Of a stretch of DNA of 64,000 nt, positions 1 to 13,065 are shown one piece after another. The notes below the pieces were generated by a model, which did no database searches, was not told the origin of the DNA, and saw nothing but the letters and a program-made list of their open reading frames with translations. The stretch spans positions 346,022,001-346,086,000 of the forward strand of contig OZ024742.1 in assembly GCA_964016885.1 (NCBI GenBank). Direction: 5' to 3'. The stretch comes from Eledone cirrhosa (lineage: Eukaryota). The position numbers and the translations under genes were made by a program. Each line of letters starts with the position of its first letter. Position 1 is the first letter of the stretch.

Positions 1-115
1 GTGTCTTGGGCACCTTAAACATGGCGGATCCCATCCCCTCTCCATATCGGAACATAGCCGATTTGTTCCATAGAAGGAGAGAGAATGATAAAGAAGTGAG
101 AGATATAGAGGATGG

Positions 116-275
116 ACCGACCCCAGTACTATACTGGTACTTTTTTATTTATCAAACTCGAAAGGATGAAAGGCAAAGTTGACCTCGATGGGATTTGAAC
201 TCAAAACACACAGAGCCAGAAGGAATACCAGCAAACATTATATCGGACCTTCTAACGAATCCGCTAATTTGCCGT
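116..275 (-). mobile_element. tRNA-derived SINE family A, degraded
   Basis: Contains ctggtactt..ttatc..aaggatgaaaggcaaagttgacctc..ggatttgaactc, the reverse complement of the SINE body and B-box seen at 2642-2833. Confidence 0.7.
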
Positions 276-344
276 ACGGAGAACATTGAGTAACATGTTA
301 TGAAGTGTTAAGCTGAAGAGAAAAGAAAAAGATATAAATGTGTT

Positions 345-665
345 GGATCTCCATCGGTTGCGATAATGACTGTTTCAGTTTTTTCGAACAACGGAAAACC
401 TGTTTGTAAAATTAACTTGAATGTGACTCAGCATTCTACAGACACGTGTACCCTTAATACAGATCTCAGGGAGATTCAGCATTTCACCGCATGTGACGAA
501 AGTGGTCCTTTAAATTACAAGTAAATCCAATTATTTTTTTGCCAGCTGAGTGGACTTGAATAATGTGAAAGGAAGTATTACGTTCAAGGATGACACAATG
601 CGGCACTGGGAATCGAACTCACGACTTTACTATAGTGAGCCGATTACACTAACCATTAAACCACC
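345..665 (-). mobile_element. tRNA-derived SINE family B
   Basis: Reverse complement begins gtggtttaatggttagtg...gagttcgattccc (A and B boxes); body shared with 3385-3655 and 45735-45997. Confidence 0.7.
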
Positions 666-821
666 CGTCTTTACATAGATAAAAGTTTTACATACATGTA
701 AAGAGGGGATTGAGAAAGGAGGAAATAGAAAACGATACAAGAATATTTGAAAGTGTGTTGTGATGAACTGAAAACTGGGAAGAAGCCTTTAGAGATGAAG
801 GTTATAAAGAAAACTGCAGGG

Positions 822-1087
822 TGCTATTGAATCTTGCTACTGAATCTGGTTCTCATAAGATGTTAGAGATAAACCGAAAAACTCGTGCAGTGAGAAATGT
901 CGATTTGCTTCAGAGATTATTAAATAATGTTTTCCAGTAGTTTTAAGCCGGGAAATTAAATCAGAATTCGATAATTCTGGCCTAAATGGTTATAGTAATC
1001 ATCACTGTGTTGGAGGAGACAGGTGGCTTAGTGGTTACGGCATACAGTTTATATATATTTATATCTGTGGAGGAGACAGGTGGCTTT
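822..1087 (+). repeat. Left arm of ~265-bp inverted repeat (partner 4060-4323)
   Basis: gaatctggttctcataagatgttagagataaac matches the reverse complement of gtttatctctaacatcttatgagaaccagattc; similarity continues through the ggagacaggtggctta units. Confidence 0.85.
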
Positions 1088-1221
1088 AATTGAACCGAGA
1101 GTATGTGAAAAAAGACTTGCTCAACATATGGCAGTGTATTTGAACTCTAGACCACGAAATTGCGAAGTTAATATCTCAAACACACAGCCAATACTGCCTG
1201 CTACCAGCCATGCCTGAGACC

Positions 1222-1872
1222 TGCTAGAACTGCACTTTGCTAGAACTGGACCATGCTAGAACTGCTCTCAGCTAGAACTGCTATCTGCCAGAACTGTACC
1301 CTGCTAGAACTGCTCTCTGCTAGAACTGCTCTCTGCTAGAACTGCTCTCTGCTATAACTGCTCTCTGTTAGAACTGTTCTCTGCCAGAACTGCACCCTGC
1401 TAGAACTGCTCTCTGCTTGAACTGCTCTCTGCTAGAACTGCACCCTGCTGGAACTGCTCTCTGCTAGAACTGCACCCTGCTAGAACTGCTCTCAGCTAGA
1501 ACTGCTCTCTGCTTGAACTGCTCTCTGCTAGAACTGCACCCTGCTAGAACTGCTCTCTGCTAGAACTGCTCTCTGCTAGAACTGCACCCTGCTAGAACTT
1601 CTCTCAGCTCGAACTGCTCTCTGCCAGAACTGCACCCTGCTAGAACTGCTCTCTGCCAGAACTGCACCCTGCTAGAACTGCTCTATGCGTGAACTGCTCT
1701 CTGCTAGAACTGCTCTCTGCTAGAACTGCTCTCTGCTTGAACTGCTCTCTGCTAGAACTGCACCCTGCCAGAACTGCACCCTGCTAGAACTAGTCTCTGT
1801 TAGAACTGCTCTCTGCCAGAACTGCACCCTGCTAGAACTGCTCTCTGCTAGAACTGCTCTCTGTTAGAACTG
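1222..1872 (+). repeat. 16-bp minisatellite (gctagaactgctctct / gctagaactgcaccct), ~40 copies
   Basis: Tandem units read directly. Confidence 0.95.
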
Positions 1873-2130
1873 CGGTGGTAGTGGTGGTGGTGGGGGGGGG
1901 GGGGGGGTAGTAATGGTGGTGGTGGTGGTGGTGGTGGTGGTGGTGGTGGTAGTGTTGGTGATGGTGGCGGTGGTGGTGGTGGTAGTGGTGGTGGTGGTGG
2001 TGGTGGTGGTGGTGGTGGTGGTTGTAGTGGTGGTGGTGGTGGTGGTGGCAGTGGTGGTGGTGGTGGTTGATAGGTAATGATGGTGTTGGTGGTGATGACG
2101 GGGGGGGGGGCAATGATGGTGGTGATGATC
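1873..2130. repeat. (GGT)n low-complexity tract
   Basis: Read directly. Confidence 0.95.
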
Positions 2131-2194
2131 TTTGACGACCAATAGATTTACACTTTCCTACAAATCAATCATCAGTTGGAGCACACACACACAA

Positions 2195-2259
<65 letters not shown>

Positions 2260-2641
2260 CATACATACACACACATATACACACACATATACATACATGC
2301 ACACACGTATACACACACCCATACATACATACACACATAGACACATACACACACATACATACACACACACATTTACACACATACATACATACACACCAAA
2401 AGTCAAAAACAAAAGCACCCAAATGTTTCCCATCAATAAATCACTTAAAGATGTTTGTATCAATTATTGAAGCATTTTAAAATAAAATTATTGATGCTTC
2501 ATGTCCTTAATATTGATCACTAATGGAAGTTGTCAGGAGAAACCTTATAAAATATATTACGAATGTTCCAGTTGATGTGATCAGCGGGAACAGCCTGTCC
2601 ATCAAATTAACCCTTTAGTATTTATATTATTCTATATAATT

Positions 2642-2833
2642 GGCGGTGGATTGGCAGAATCGGTAGAAGGTCGGATGCCATGCTTTGCCGCATAGAATTA
2701 CGACCCTTTGCGGTCTGAGTTCAAATCCCGCCGACGTTAACTTTGCCTTTCATCCTTACGGGGTCGATAAAATAAAGTACCAGTAATGTTCTGGGATAAT
2801 TGCTGGCCTTGTGCCAAAAGTAGAAGCAATTAT
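2642..2833 (+). mobile_element. tRNA-derived SINE family A, near full length
   Basis: A-box-like tggcagaatcgg, B-box gagttcaaatccc, body ctttgcctttcatccttacggggtcgataaaataaagtaccag, end ggccttgtgccaaaagtagaa; many copies in the window. Confidence 0.85.
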
Positions 2834-3384
2834 TCTATATTTACTATTGTATTTTCACGGTTGTATTTTCACAGTAAACACTTTACCTTACATAATTATC
2901 TCACATGATATTGAATCTGTGATTTTTTACATTATTCATATTTAGAATACTTTAACATAAATATGAGCAGCCGGTTATGGCTGATTTGAAGAAAAAGAGG
3001 TGAGAGAATTCTGGCCGGATACGGCCGGTTTAAATGCTAAAGGGAGCTGAAAATTCCATGAGCACGTGTACTCTTAATGAAGGTTAAGTTTAGGTTTGTC
3101 GTATTTAGTTGTTGGGTAGGAGTATTCTAACGACCTTGCCACACGACCGTGGCGACACGTGGCTTAGTGGTTACGACATTCAGTTTACATACATTCAAAT
3201 ATTCACCGTTTATTCTTCTCTCCCTTTCCGAGCTCTTCAGTGTTTATCGTTTGTAACGACCTTGCTACCTCACCACCTCACTCTTCTTTATAGATACAGA
3301 AAATGTTATATTTATTCTCAAGTTTTTCTCTTCTCTCTATCAAATCTCATAGCAGAAAATTATTGAGTAGGATGGCATAGAACT

Positions 3385-3655
3385 AGAACGGACCTCCATC
3401 AGTTTCGAGGACGAGTGTTCCAGTTGATTCAATCAACGAAACATCCTTTTCATAAAATTAACGAGCGAGTCGCTGAGCATTCCACAAACACGTGTCCCTT
3501 AATATAATTCTCAAGGAGATTTGGAGTGATACTGTGTGTGACCAGGTAATGGGAAATAGAATTGTCTTGGCTCAGCAACACAACGTACCACTGGGAATTG
3601 AACTCACGACATTACGATTGTGATCCGAACAACCTAGCTGCCAAACCACGCTACT
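3385..3655 (-). mobile_element. SINE family B, degraded
   Basis: ctgggaattgaactcacgac (B-box reverse complement); body similar to 345-665. Confidence 0.65.
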
Positions 3656-3672
3656 TCATAAAATATACTAAT

Positions 3673-3862
3673 AATTGTTTCTACTTTTGGCACAAGGCCA
3701 GTAATTATCCCAGTGCATTACTGGTACTTTATTTTATCGACCCCGTAAGGATGAAAGGCAAAGTTAACTTCGGCTTGATTTGAACTCAGAACGTAAAGGG
3801 GGATAACTCTATGCGGCAAAGTATGGTGTTTGACGCTTTACCGATACTGCCAATCCACCGCC
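3673..3862 (-). mobile_element. SINE family A
   Basis: Reverse-complement match to 2642-2833. Confidence 0.85.
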
Positions 3863-3917
3863 TTAAAAGATACAAATAATGGGAAAGGGGGAGAGAAGAA
3901 AAACCAGCCAATATTCT

Positions 3918-4145
3918 ATTATATGTAAACTGTATGCCGCACTAAGCCGCTTGTTCCCTCTACTACAACGATAATTATATGTAAACTGAGTGCCCTAACC
4001 ACTAAGCCGCCTGTCTCCACTATAGATATAAATATATGTAAACTGTGTGCCCTAACCACTAAGCCGCCTGTCTCCACCACAGAAATGATTATATATAAAC
4101 TGTGTGTCGTAACCAATAAGCCACCTGTCTCCTCCAACACAGTGA
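3918..4145 (-). repeat. ~60-bp tandem repeat x4 containing an A-box-like tRNA/SINE head
   Basis: Unit taaactgtgtgccctaaccactaagccgcctgtctcca; reverse complement contains ggcttagtggttagggca. Confidence 0.75.
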
Positions 4146-4323
4146 TGATTTCTATAACCATTCAGGCCAGATTTATAGAATTCTGATCTAATTTCCCGGC
4201 TTAAAACTGCTGGAAAACATTGTTTAATAATCTCTGAAGCAAATCGACATTTCTCACTGCACGAGTTTTTCTGTTTATCTCTAACATCTTATGAGAACCA
4301 GATTCAATAGCAAGATTCAGTAT
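4060..4323 (-). repeat. Right arm of inverted repeat (partner 822-1087)
   Basis: Reverse-complement match to 822-1087. Confidence 0.85.
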
Positions 4324-4351
4324 CACCCATATTTGTTATTCGTGTGTTTTT

Positions 4352-4487
<136 letters not shown>

Positions 4488-4519
4488 GTATGTATGTATA
4501 TATAGTAATAATAATAAAT

Positions 4520-4712
4520 TTGAAGACTAAAATCCAAAGAGGGCTCGATAAGGATAAATATGTATAAAATATATAAGAACCCTAGAGCAAATATTTATTA
4601 AAATAACAGATTAAAGTTTAAGCAAAGAGTCGCTGTTTTCACCCTTAACGGGATCTTCTGAAAGCAGCGATTCTTTGCTGAAACATTAATCTGTTATTTT
4701 AATAAATATTTA
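4520..4712. mobile_element. Short foldback PLE terminal-repeat remnant (CAGAAGA family) in (TA)n
   Basis: Matches 39795-39940 and the 5059-5420 arms; folds back around 4660. Confidence 0.7.
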
Positions 4713-4713
4713 T

Positions 4714-4852
<139 letters not shown>

Positions 4853-4887
4853 TATACATATTATACATATATATATATATTTTATAC

Positions 4888-5012
<125 letters not shown>

Positions 5013-5013
5013 C

Positions 5014-5522
<509 letters not shown>

Positions 5523-5564
5523 CATATATATATACATATATATATACATATATATATATATACA

Positions 5565-5798
<234 letters not shown>

Positions 5799-6342
5799 CA
5801 TATATAGTTAAAAGAATAGAGGTGTAACACACAAGTTATTATATATTGGTAAACGGAATAGAAAATGCTGACAAATTGTTCACAGTTGAAAAATGGTTTA
5901 ATTAGGAATAAAAGAGTATTAGTGATTGTATGGGTTAGTATTCAGTTGAGGTTTTAAGTTTTTAAGTTTTTACCGGTTGCGCATTTCTAAATGCTTTTCA
6001 AAAATAATTTTGAGATAGAGTGTCCGTGCTGTTTGCTCTGATCTGATTAGTTTTGGGAATTCTACCTGTTTTTATGTTAAAAAAGTGGCTCCAGCGTTAT
6101 TTTTGTGTTGCAAAAATGCTTGTGGTCAAAACAATTTTGATTGGTCGGTAGAGGTCATGTGAATGTAAAAAGTTGATTTTGCGCCAAGACTGTTTTTATG
6201 TTAAAATGTTAAAAAAGTGGCTCCAGCAAAAATTCTTGGTCAAAACAATTTTGATTGGTCGGTAGAGGTCATGTGGATAAAAAATTGGTTTTGCGCCAAG
6301 ATTGAGAAATGACTCTTTCACAACAAATATGTGTGTGTGTGT

Positions 6343-6407
<65 letters not shown>

Positions 6408-6824
6408 TGTGTGTGTGTGTATGTGTGTGTGTGTGTGTGTGTAGTAGTAGTAGTAAGGTGTTCGATGCTGCGACAATGGCCAGCAGCGATGTGTGTCAAA
6501 TGGCTATTAAGATAAGTGTGTTTGTGTGGGGGGGGGTGTATATAGCAGAGTCATTCGAAGGTCAAAAGATATTTTTCAGCTTTTGTCTTATACGGAGAAG
6601 TGCGTGTATGTGTGTGTGTGTGTGTATATGTCTCTTTGTATGTTGATGTACGCGTGTGTATGTGTTTGTGTATATATATGTGTGTGTGTGTGTGTGTGGG
6701 TGGACCAGTATTTTTTTCCCCCTGGTAAAATGGTGTACATTATTCGATTTTTTCAGTAAAATCGGTTCTCTTAATAGAACATCAATAGGTATGTATGTTG
6801 ACGTGTGTATGTTGTGGGTTCGTC

Positions 6825-8267
6825 TTAGGGAGAAGTGTTTAGACGGGGTCCGTATTTGTTAATGAAGTAAGATTCCTTGCTGATGCGCTGGGTGTGGGTG
6901 GCATTATCTTTAAATTTGTAGTGGGGAAAGATTCTGAAGTTGGGATGATTTTGGGCGGCACAGGTATCAATGTGTTCACTCAGTGGTATTTTCCTGTATT
7001 CCCGTATTTTAATTTGGGATCTATGGACAGTCATGCGTTGGCGGAGGCTGTTTTTGGTCTGGCCTATGTATTGTTCTCGACAACCTGAACAAGTTAATAC
7101 ATATATTAGATTTTCCGATGCACATGTGAAATTGTGTTTTACTATAAAACGTTGTCCATCTTTGAAATAGAATTCCGAACCCTCTATTAGGTTGATGCAA
7201 ATGCCACAGTTGGGTCTATCGCATTTTTTTACTGTGGGTTTCGTTGTTGTGGTTGGCAGTACTTTGGCATGTGTTAAGATGTTTTTCATTGACTTGGATT
7301 GTCTTTTGCTCTTTATGATATCGTGTGTTCGTAGAATTTGGTTCATTCTATGGTCCTTTTTCAATACAGGGATGTTCTGGAGGATGGTGTCAAAGGCCTC
7401 ATTGTTGAGGGGGTTGTGTGTGGAGATGTATGGAAAAGCTTTTAGTTTTGGTTGATTTACTTTAGGGTGTCTAAGGTCCTGGGTACTGAGTTTTAGGGCA
7501 CGTTGGATTCCATTGTCAATTAGTGATGCAGGGTAGTCCCTGCCTATGAGTGTGTTCTTTAGTTCTTGTAGCCGTAAGTAGCAGATGTTTTTATTGGAGA
7601 CTATAGTACAGATTCTCTTGGCTAAGTTGTAGGGAATATTAATTTTAACGTGTCTAGGGTGGCAAGAGTTGAAGGGGAGATATTGCTTGGAGTCTGTGGG
7701 CTTGTAGTATATGTCTGTTTCTATTTTTTTGTTATGGATCTTAATGAGCATGTCGAGGAAGGGGAGTTGTTGATGGCTGTATTCCATCGTGAAGTTAATA
7801 TTTGTGTTGAGCCCATTTATAAGGGTGTGAAATTCTTTAAGTTTTTCGATGTTTTCGTGCCAAAGGATGAAGCAGTCATCTAGATATCGCTTCCAGTTCC
7901 TTTCAATGTGTAAGTGGAGGGTGTTTCCAAATTTTTTTAGGACTTTAGTGTAGAGGGTGATTTCCAGGTATCCCCTGACTAGGTTGGCATAAGTAGGGGC
8001 TGTTTTCGTTCCCATAGCGGTCCCAGATTTCTGCCTGTAGGGTTTGTTATTGAAAACGAAGTAATTGTTCTCCAAGATAAATTTGAGTCCCTCTATCATG
8101 AATTCTTTTTTGATGCGTTGTGGGAGTTCATTGTGGAAATTATCCAGCCAGAATTGGATAGCTTCTATTCCTAGGTTGTGGGGGATGTTGGAGTATAGGT
8201 TGACTACATCGAACGTCACTAGTAGGGTTTGTTCAGAAAGTGGCATATTAGGGAGGTGATTGAGCAT
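6825..8267 (-). CDS. PLE reverse transcriptase + GIY-YIG endonuclease (open 480-aa part; disrupted upstream to ~8856)
   Basis: LLVTFDVVNLYSNI, QKSGTAMGTKTAPTYANL, WKRYLDDCF, LPFLD, TDIYYKPTD, Cys linker CDRPNCGIC, NLIYVLTC..YIGQT. Confidence 0.92.
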   Translation of the reverse strand: MLNHLPNMPLSEQTLLVTFDVVNLYSNIPHNLGIEAIQFWLDNFHNELPQRIKKEFMIEGLKFILENNYFVFNNKPYRQKSGTAMGTKTAPTYANLVRGYLEITLYTKVLKKFGNTLHLHIERNWKRYLDDCFILWHENIEKLKEFHTLINGLNTNINFTMEYSHQQLPFLDMLIKIHNKKIETDIYYKPTDSKQYLPFNSCHPRHVKINIPYNLAKRICTIVSNKNICYLRLQELKNTLIGRDYPASLIDNGIQRALKLSTQDLRHPKVNQPKLKAFPYISTHNPLNNEAFDTILQNIPVLKKDHRMNQILRTHDIIKSKRQSKSMKNILTHAKVLPTTTTKPTVKKCDRPNCGICINLIEGSEFYFKDGQRFIVKHNFTCASENLIYVLTCSGCREQYIGQTKNSLRQRMTVHRSQIKIREYRKIPLSEHIDTCAAQNHPNFRIFPHYKFKDNATHTQRISKESYFINKYGPRLNTSP

Positions 8268-9426
8268 ATCTAGGTCGTCCCTTATATAGCTTTTGATGTG
8301 CTTGAGGAAGGGTTTGAGAAGGGTATCAATGAAGTTGCTAAGACGGTGCGTTTCGCAAGCGGGGCCTGCTATTATAGGTCTTAATTTGAGATCATTGGGT
8401 GAGGGGACATTGATGACTATGTCTGTGGCTTCCTTGCATGCCTTACTGATTGATTCGCTTTTATGTACTTTAAGGATACCCTAGAAAAGGCTGGATTTGC
8501 TTGTGAGTCTGTGATGAAGCTGAATTCCTTGTTAGTGAGTCCTTCTTTGTATTGGTTGATTAGAGTGTTTAGGTTTCTCATAATTTTCTGTTGATTGTAG
8601 TGTTCAGCCTTTTCGTAGTATGTTTCGTTTTCCAAAGTGGAGAGCGCTAAGTTGATATAGAATTCTGTCTCCATTAGGACTACTGTACTCCCTTTAGCAG
8701 CCTCTTTAATTGTAATGGTTCTGTCGGTTTTTAATCTATTTAATTCTTCCCATTCTTTCTTGTTGAGGTTTGGCTTGTGTTTTTGTCTGTGCAAGTGTTG
8801 GTAAGGGAAGTTTGTGATGTGTTCACAGAATTCGTCCAGGATTTTATTTCTACCCTCTACAAATTTAAAGATAATGCCACCCACACCCAGCGCATCAGCA
8901 AGGAATCTTACTTCATTAACAAATACGGACCCTGTCTAAACACTTCTCCCTAAGACGAACCCACAACATACACACGTCAACATACATACCTACATCAGCA
9001 CACATCTCTACCCACATATAAACACAATGACACACGTAAACACACATGCTCTATGGTGCAATACAAAAAAAAAATATATGTGCATATATATGTATGTATA
9101 TATGTATATATATATATATATATGTAGTGAATATATGTATGTGTGTATATATATATAGTGAATATCATTTCACACCTTTTATTGTTAAGATTTTTGATGT
9201 TCTATTAAGAGAACCGATTTTACTGAAAAAATCGAATAATGTACACCATTTTACCAGGGGGAAAAAAATACTGGTCCACCCCCACACACACACACACACA
9301 CATATATACACAAACACATACACACGCGTACATCAACATACAAAGAGACTTATACACACACACACACGCACTTCTCCGTATAAGACAAAAGCTGAAAAAT
9401 ATCTTTTGACCTTCGAATGACTCTGC

Positions 9427-9463
<37 letters not shown>

Positions 9464-9545
9464 ATCTTAATAGCCATTTGACACACATCGCTGCTGGCCA
9501 TTGTCGCAGCATCGAACACCTTACTACTACTACTACACACACACA

Positions 9546-9588
<43 letters not shown>

Positions 9589-9925
9589 ACACACACACAG
9601 ATATTTGTTGTGAAAGAGTCATTTCTCAATCTTGGCGCAAAACCAATTTTTTATCCACATGACCTCTACCGACCAATCAAAATTGTTTTCCCATGAATTT
9701 TTGCTGGAGCCACTTTTTTAACATTTTAACATAAAAACAGTATTGGCGCAAAATCAACTTTTTACATTCACATGACCTCTACCGACCAATCAAAATTGTT
9801 TTGACCACAAGCATTTTTGCAACACAAAAATAACGCTGGAGCCACTTTTTTAACATAAAAACAGGTAGAATTCCCAAAACTAATCAGATCAGAGCAAACA
9901 GCACGGACACTCTATCTCAAAATTA

Positions 9926-9962
9926 TTTTTGAAAAGCATTTAGAAATGCGCAACCGGTAAAA
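9926..9962 (+). ncRNA. Divergent minimal hammerhead-like motif in the PLE terminal repeat
   Basis: UUU-UUGAAAA-GCAUU uaga AAUGC-GCAA-CCGG-UA/AAA; same core at ~5968-6004 and ~36076-36111 on minus. Confidence 0.45.
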
Positions 9963-10089
9963 ACTTAAAAATTTAAAACCACAACTGAATACTAACCCAT
10001 ACAATCACTAATACTCTTTTATTCCTAATTAAACCATTTTTCAACTGTGAACAATTTGTCAGCATTTTCTATTCCGTTTACCAATATAC

Positions 10090-10123
<34 letters not shown>

Positions 10124-10209
10124 GCAAAGTTTTATTTAAATTGTTGGGTTACAAAGAGTAAATATTTATAACTGATATAAAAGCACTCAACAAGTATTTG
10201 GAGTATATT

Positions 10210-10464
10210 TACGATATTAAATAAATGGAAACTATATTTATAAAACCATATTTATTTCATTATATATATTTCAGGGATATCATATTAAAAATATGGTATG
10301 CCTTCATCAGACAAAATACAATATAAACAGTCTTATAAATAGATAGATTTGACATACCTTACAACTTCAACCTCCATTTAAAAAGTTGATTTTAAATAAA
10401 TATTTAAAAAGTTGATTTGAAATAAATATGGTTTTATAAATATAGTTTCCATTTATTTAATATC

Positions 10465-10467
<3 letters not shown>
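10210..10467. repeat. 50-bp inverted repeat (10210-10259 / 10418-10467) in TA-flanked element
   Basis: tacgatattaaataaatggaaactatatttataaaaccatatttatttca and its reverse complement. Confidence 0.85.
10255..10316 (-). ncRNA. Type I hammerhead ribozyme candidate with long stem II
   Basis: UUUUGU-CUGAUGA-AGGCAUACCAUAUU uuu AAUAUGAUAUCCCU-GAAAU auau AUA/AUGAAA. Confidence 0.6.
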
Positions 10468-10507
<40 letters not shown>

Positions 10508-10512
10508 TATAC

Positions 10513-10705
10513 ATTGTTATGCTTGGGGAGGGTCATATTTGTGTAATATTGCCAGAATTAATAACAGAACACACTCACTGTTTGGTTGGTTTTCGCTTTT
10601 CGCTTCTGTGTCTTTTATATCGGTAATCTAATATAATATAATATACTCGGTCCTCAATGTTGCCATTGACTGACGATTTCATATAAAAAAACCTCGCAAA
10701 ACTAA
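10513..10705 (-). mobile_element. Solo terminal-repeat fragment of the 28479-33900 PLE family
   Basis: Matches 28479-28625; its tail gatttcatataaaaaacctcgc also occurs at 33879-33900. Confidence 0.85.
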
Positions 10706-10714
10706 TTCATATAT

Positions 10715-10865
<151 letters not shown>

Positions 10866-10869
10866 AACA

Positions 10870-11202
10870 TACACGGGTGTGTATGATTGTGTATAGAAGA
10901 TTATATTAATAAAAGGAATTCCAACTTTGTCTGATTTACTCGTGGTGACAGTCAAGTTTGCAATTTTCAACTGCAGTTGAAAATTGCAAACTTGACTGTC
11001 ACCACACAATATGAACCTGAAGATTGCGAAACCATGAAAGTACTTGTTCAATTAACACTTAACATTTAATATTCTACCATACTATTTCATTCTAATACCA
11101 TTATAAATTTTAAAGGATTGTAAATAAAACGAGTAAATCAGACAAAGTTGGAATTCCTTTTATTAATATAATCTTCTATACACAATCATACACACCCGTG
11201 TA
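10870..11202. mobile_element. Foldback element: 74-bp outer inverted repeat, internal perfect 64-bp palindrome, hammerhead
   Basis: Outer arms 10870-10943 / 11129-11202; palindrome 10942-11005 centred on ctgcag. Confidence 0.85.
11012..11050 (+). ncRNA. Minimal type I hammerhead ribozyme
   Basis: UGAAC-CUGAAGA-U UG cgaaac CA U-GAAA-GUAC-UU/GUUCA; canonical core, 5-bp stem I, palindromic stem III loop. Confidence 0.75.
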
Positions 11203-11208
11203 TATTTA

Positions 11209-11585
<377 letters not shown>

Positions 11586-12944
11586 TAGTTAATATTTTCA
11601 CAAGCAGGCTGTTCCGTTAATCAAGTAACTGGAACACTCATCATTACAAGTGAGGGAAATCCATTACTTTTTTTTCTACTCCCACATTATTTTGACTATA
11701 TTTTACTGTTTTCTCTTGAAATCAATTTATTACTTAACAATTTCCGATAATTTAAATACATGTTGAAAGATTATAGACTTAAAAAATGTATCATTTGTGA
11801 TCTATGGAAGCTATTAAAATGTTTATGAAGATATGACAGCAATGGCTTTACGTTATACTGTATCATATGTCGCATTGAAGAAACTGATATGGATTAGAAA
11901 AAAAAAATGAAAAACATGTTTTTAAAAATCTTGGTTCATAATAACAATATATAGAAATCGAAGACAAGCAGACGAAAATATAAATCTAATGGAAGATTTT
12001 TTTTCCAGTGAGTGTTAAAAGTAAAGAAACAAGAGGAAAAAACAAACAAACAATAATAAAAACGAAAATAAAAAACAGACATGGAGTGTGTAAAAAAATT
12101 TAGCTTTAAGCTATATTAAGTTGAATATATTCTTAAGCATATTGAAGAAAAAGGAAAAATCTAACTAAAATCATATCGTTGAGACACACGTAGGTTGAAA
12201 TTGGAATGCATAGAAAAGATGAAATGTAATTATTGTTTAATATAAAGGATTGGGTAAATAAGGAGAAGAATATAGAAAATAGTTTATTTGAAAGTGCTTT
12301 AGAAATTTTCCAGGAATGTCCACAAATGACAACAGCCATACACCTGCTCCCCACAAATAAAGAAACAGACAAAATATAATAAGAACTAAACAAACGAAAT
12401 AACGATAACAAGAAAATGGCATCAAAGATTTCAAAGATATGTTTTTATTTATTTGTATATTCGCCAAATAGGTAAGGATTAAAAACAAATAAACACACAC
12501 TATAGCGAAATAAAGGTCAATCCCACGTATTCCTGTTAAAAACTACACAAACCTTACGTTATAATTTCTTACATGATGCTCCAAACACCAACTACTATTA
12601 TTAGATTCTTTCAAACTATGGATTATTTAAATAATGATTTGAAAATTATAAACAGTCTTTCATTAGAAATATGGCAACAAAAGGATTGAATTGTTTATAT
12701 TTATCTAAAAGCCGTCCATCATAATTGTATGTATGTACATTAGCTAAGCTATGCTCCAAACACCAGCTTAACATTGAGAATGTTATTTATATTACAAAAT
12801 ATCTCCAATTCTTGGTTATTTTCAAACGGATTTCAAAATTATAAGCAGTGACTTTCATTAAAGATATGGTAACAGAAGGATTACGTTTTTGAAAATTTAT
12901 CTAAAAACCTTCCATCATTATATTATGTAAGAACGTTAAAGACA

Positions 12945-13065
12945 AAGTTAATCTCAAATCCCGCCGAGGTTAACTTTCCCTTTCATCCTTACGGGGTCGA
13001 TAAAATAAAGTATCAGTAATACATTGGGATAATTGCTGGCCTTGAGCCAAATGTAGAAACAATTA
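12945..13065 (+). mobile_element. SINE family A, 5'-truncated
   Basis: tcaaatcccgccgaggttaactttccctttcatccttacggggtcgataaaataaag. Confidence 0.8.

Larger units (their letters stand above)
5843..10088 (-). mobile_element. Penelope-like retroelement (Neptune-like), 5'-truncated, with inverted terminal-repeat copy
   Basis: RT plus GIY-YIG ORF on minus; arms 5843-6921 and 8857-10088 are inverted copies of the ORF end and 3' region; TA-rich flanks. Confidence 0.92.

Noticed and set aside
1832-2142. His-rich and Thr-rich ORFs
   Set aside because: Translations of the (GGT)n tract
2642-2735. Possible tRNA genes at A/B-box motifs
   Set aside because: No cloverleaf; all run into SINE bodies
5843-10088. 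DNA transposon reading of the long inverted arms (also 28479-33862)
   Set aside because: Arms include the RT/GIY-YIG ORF end and there is no transposase; this fits PLE inversion
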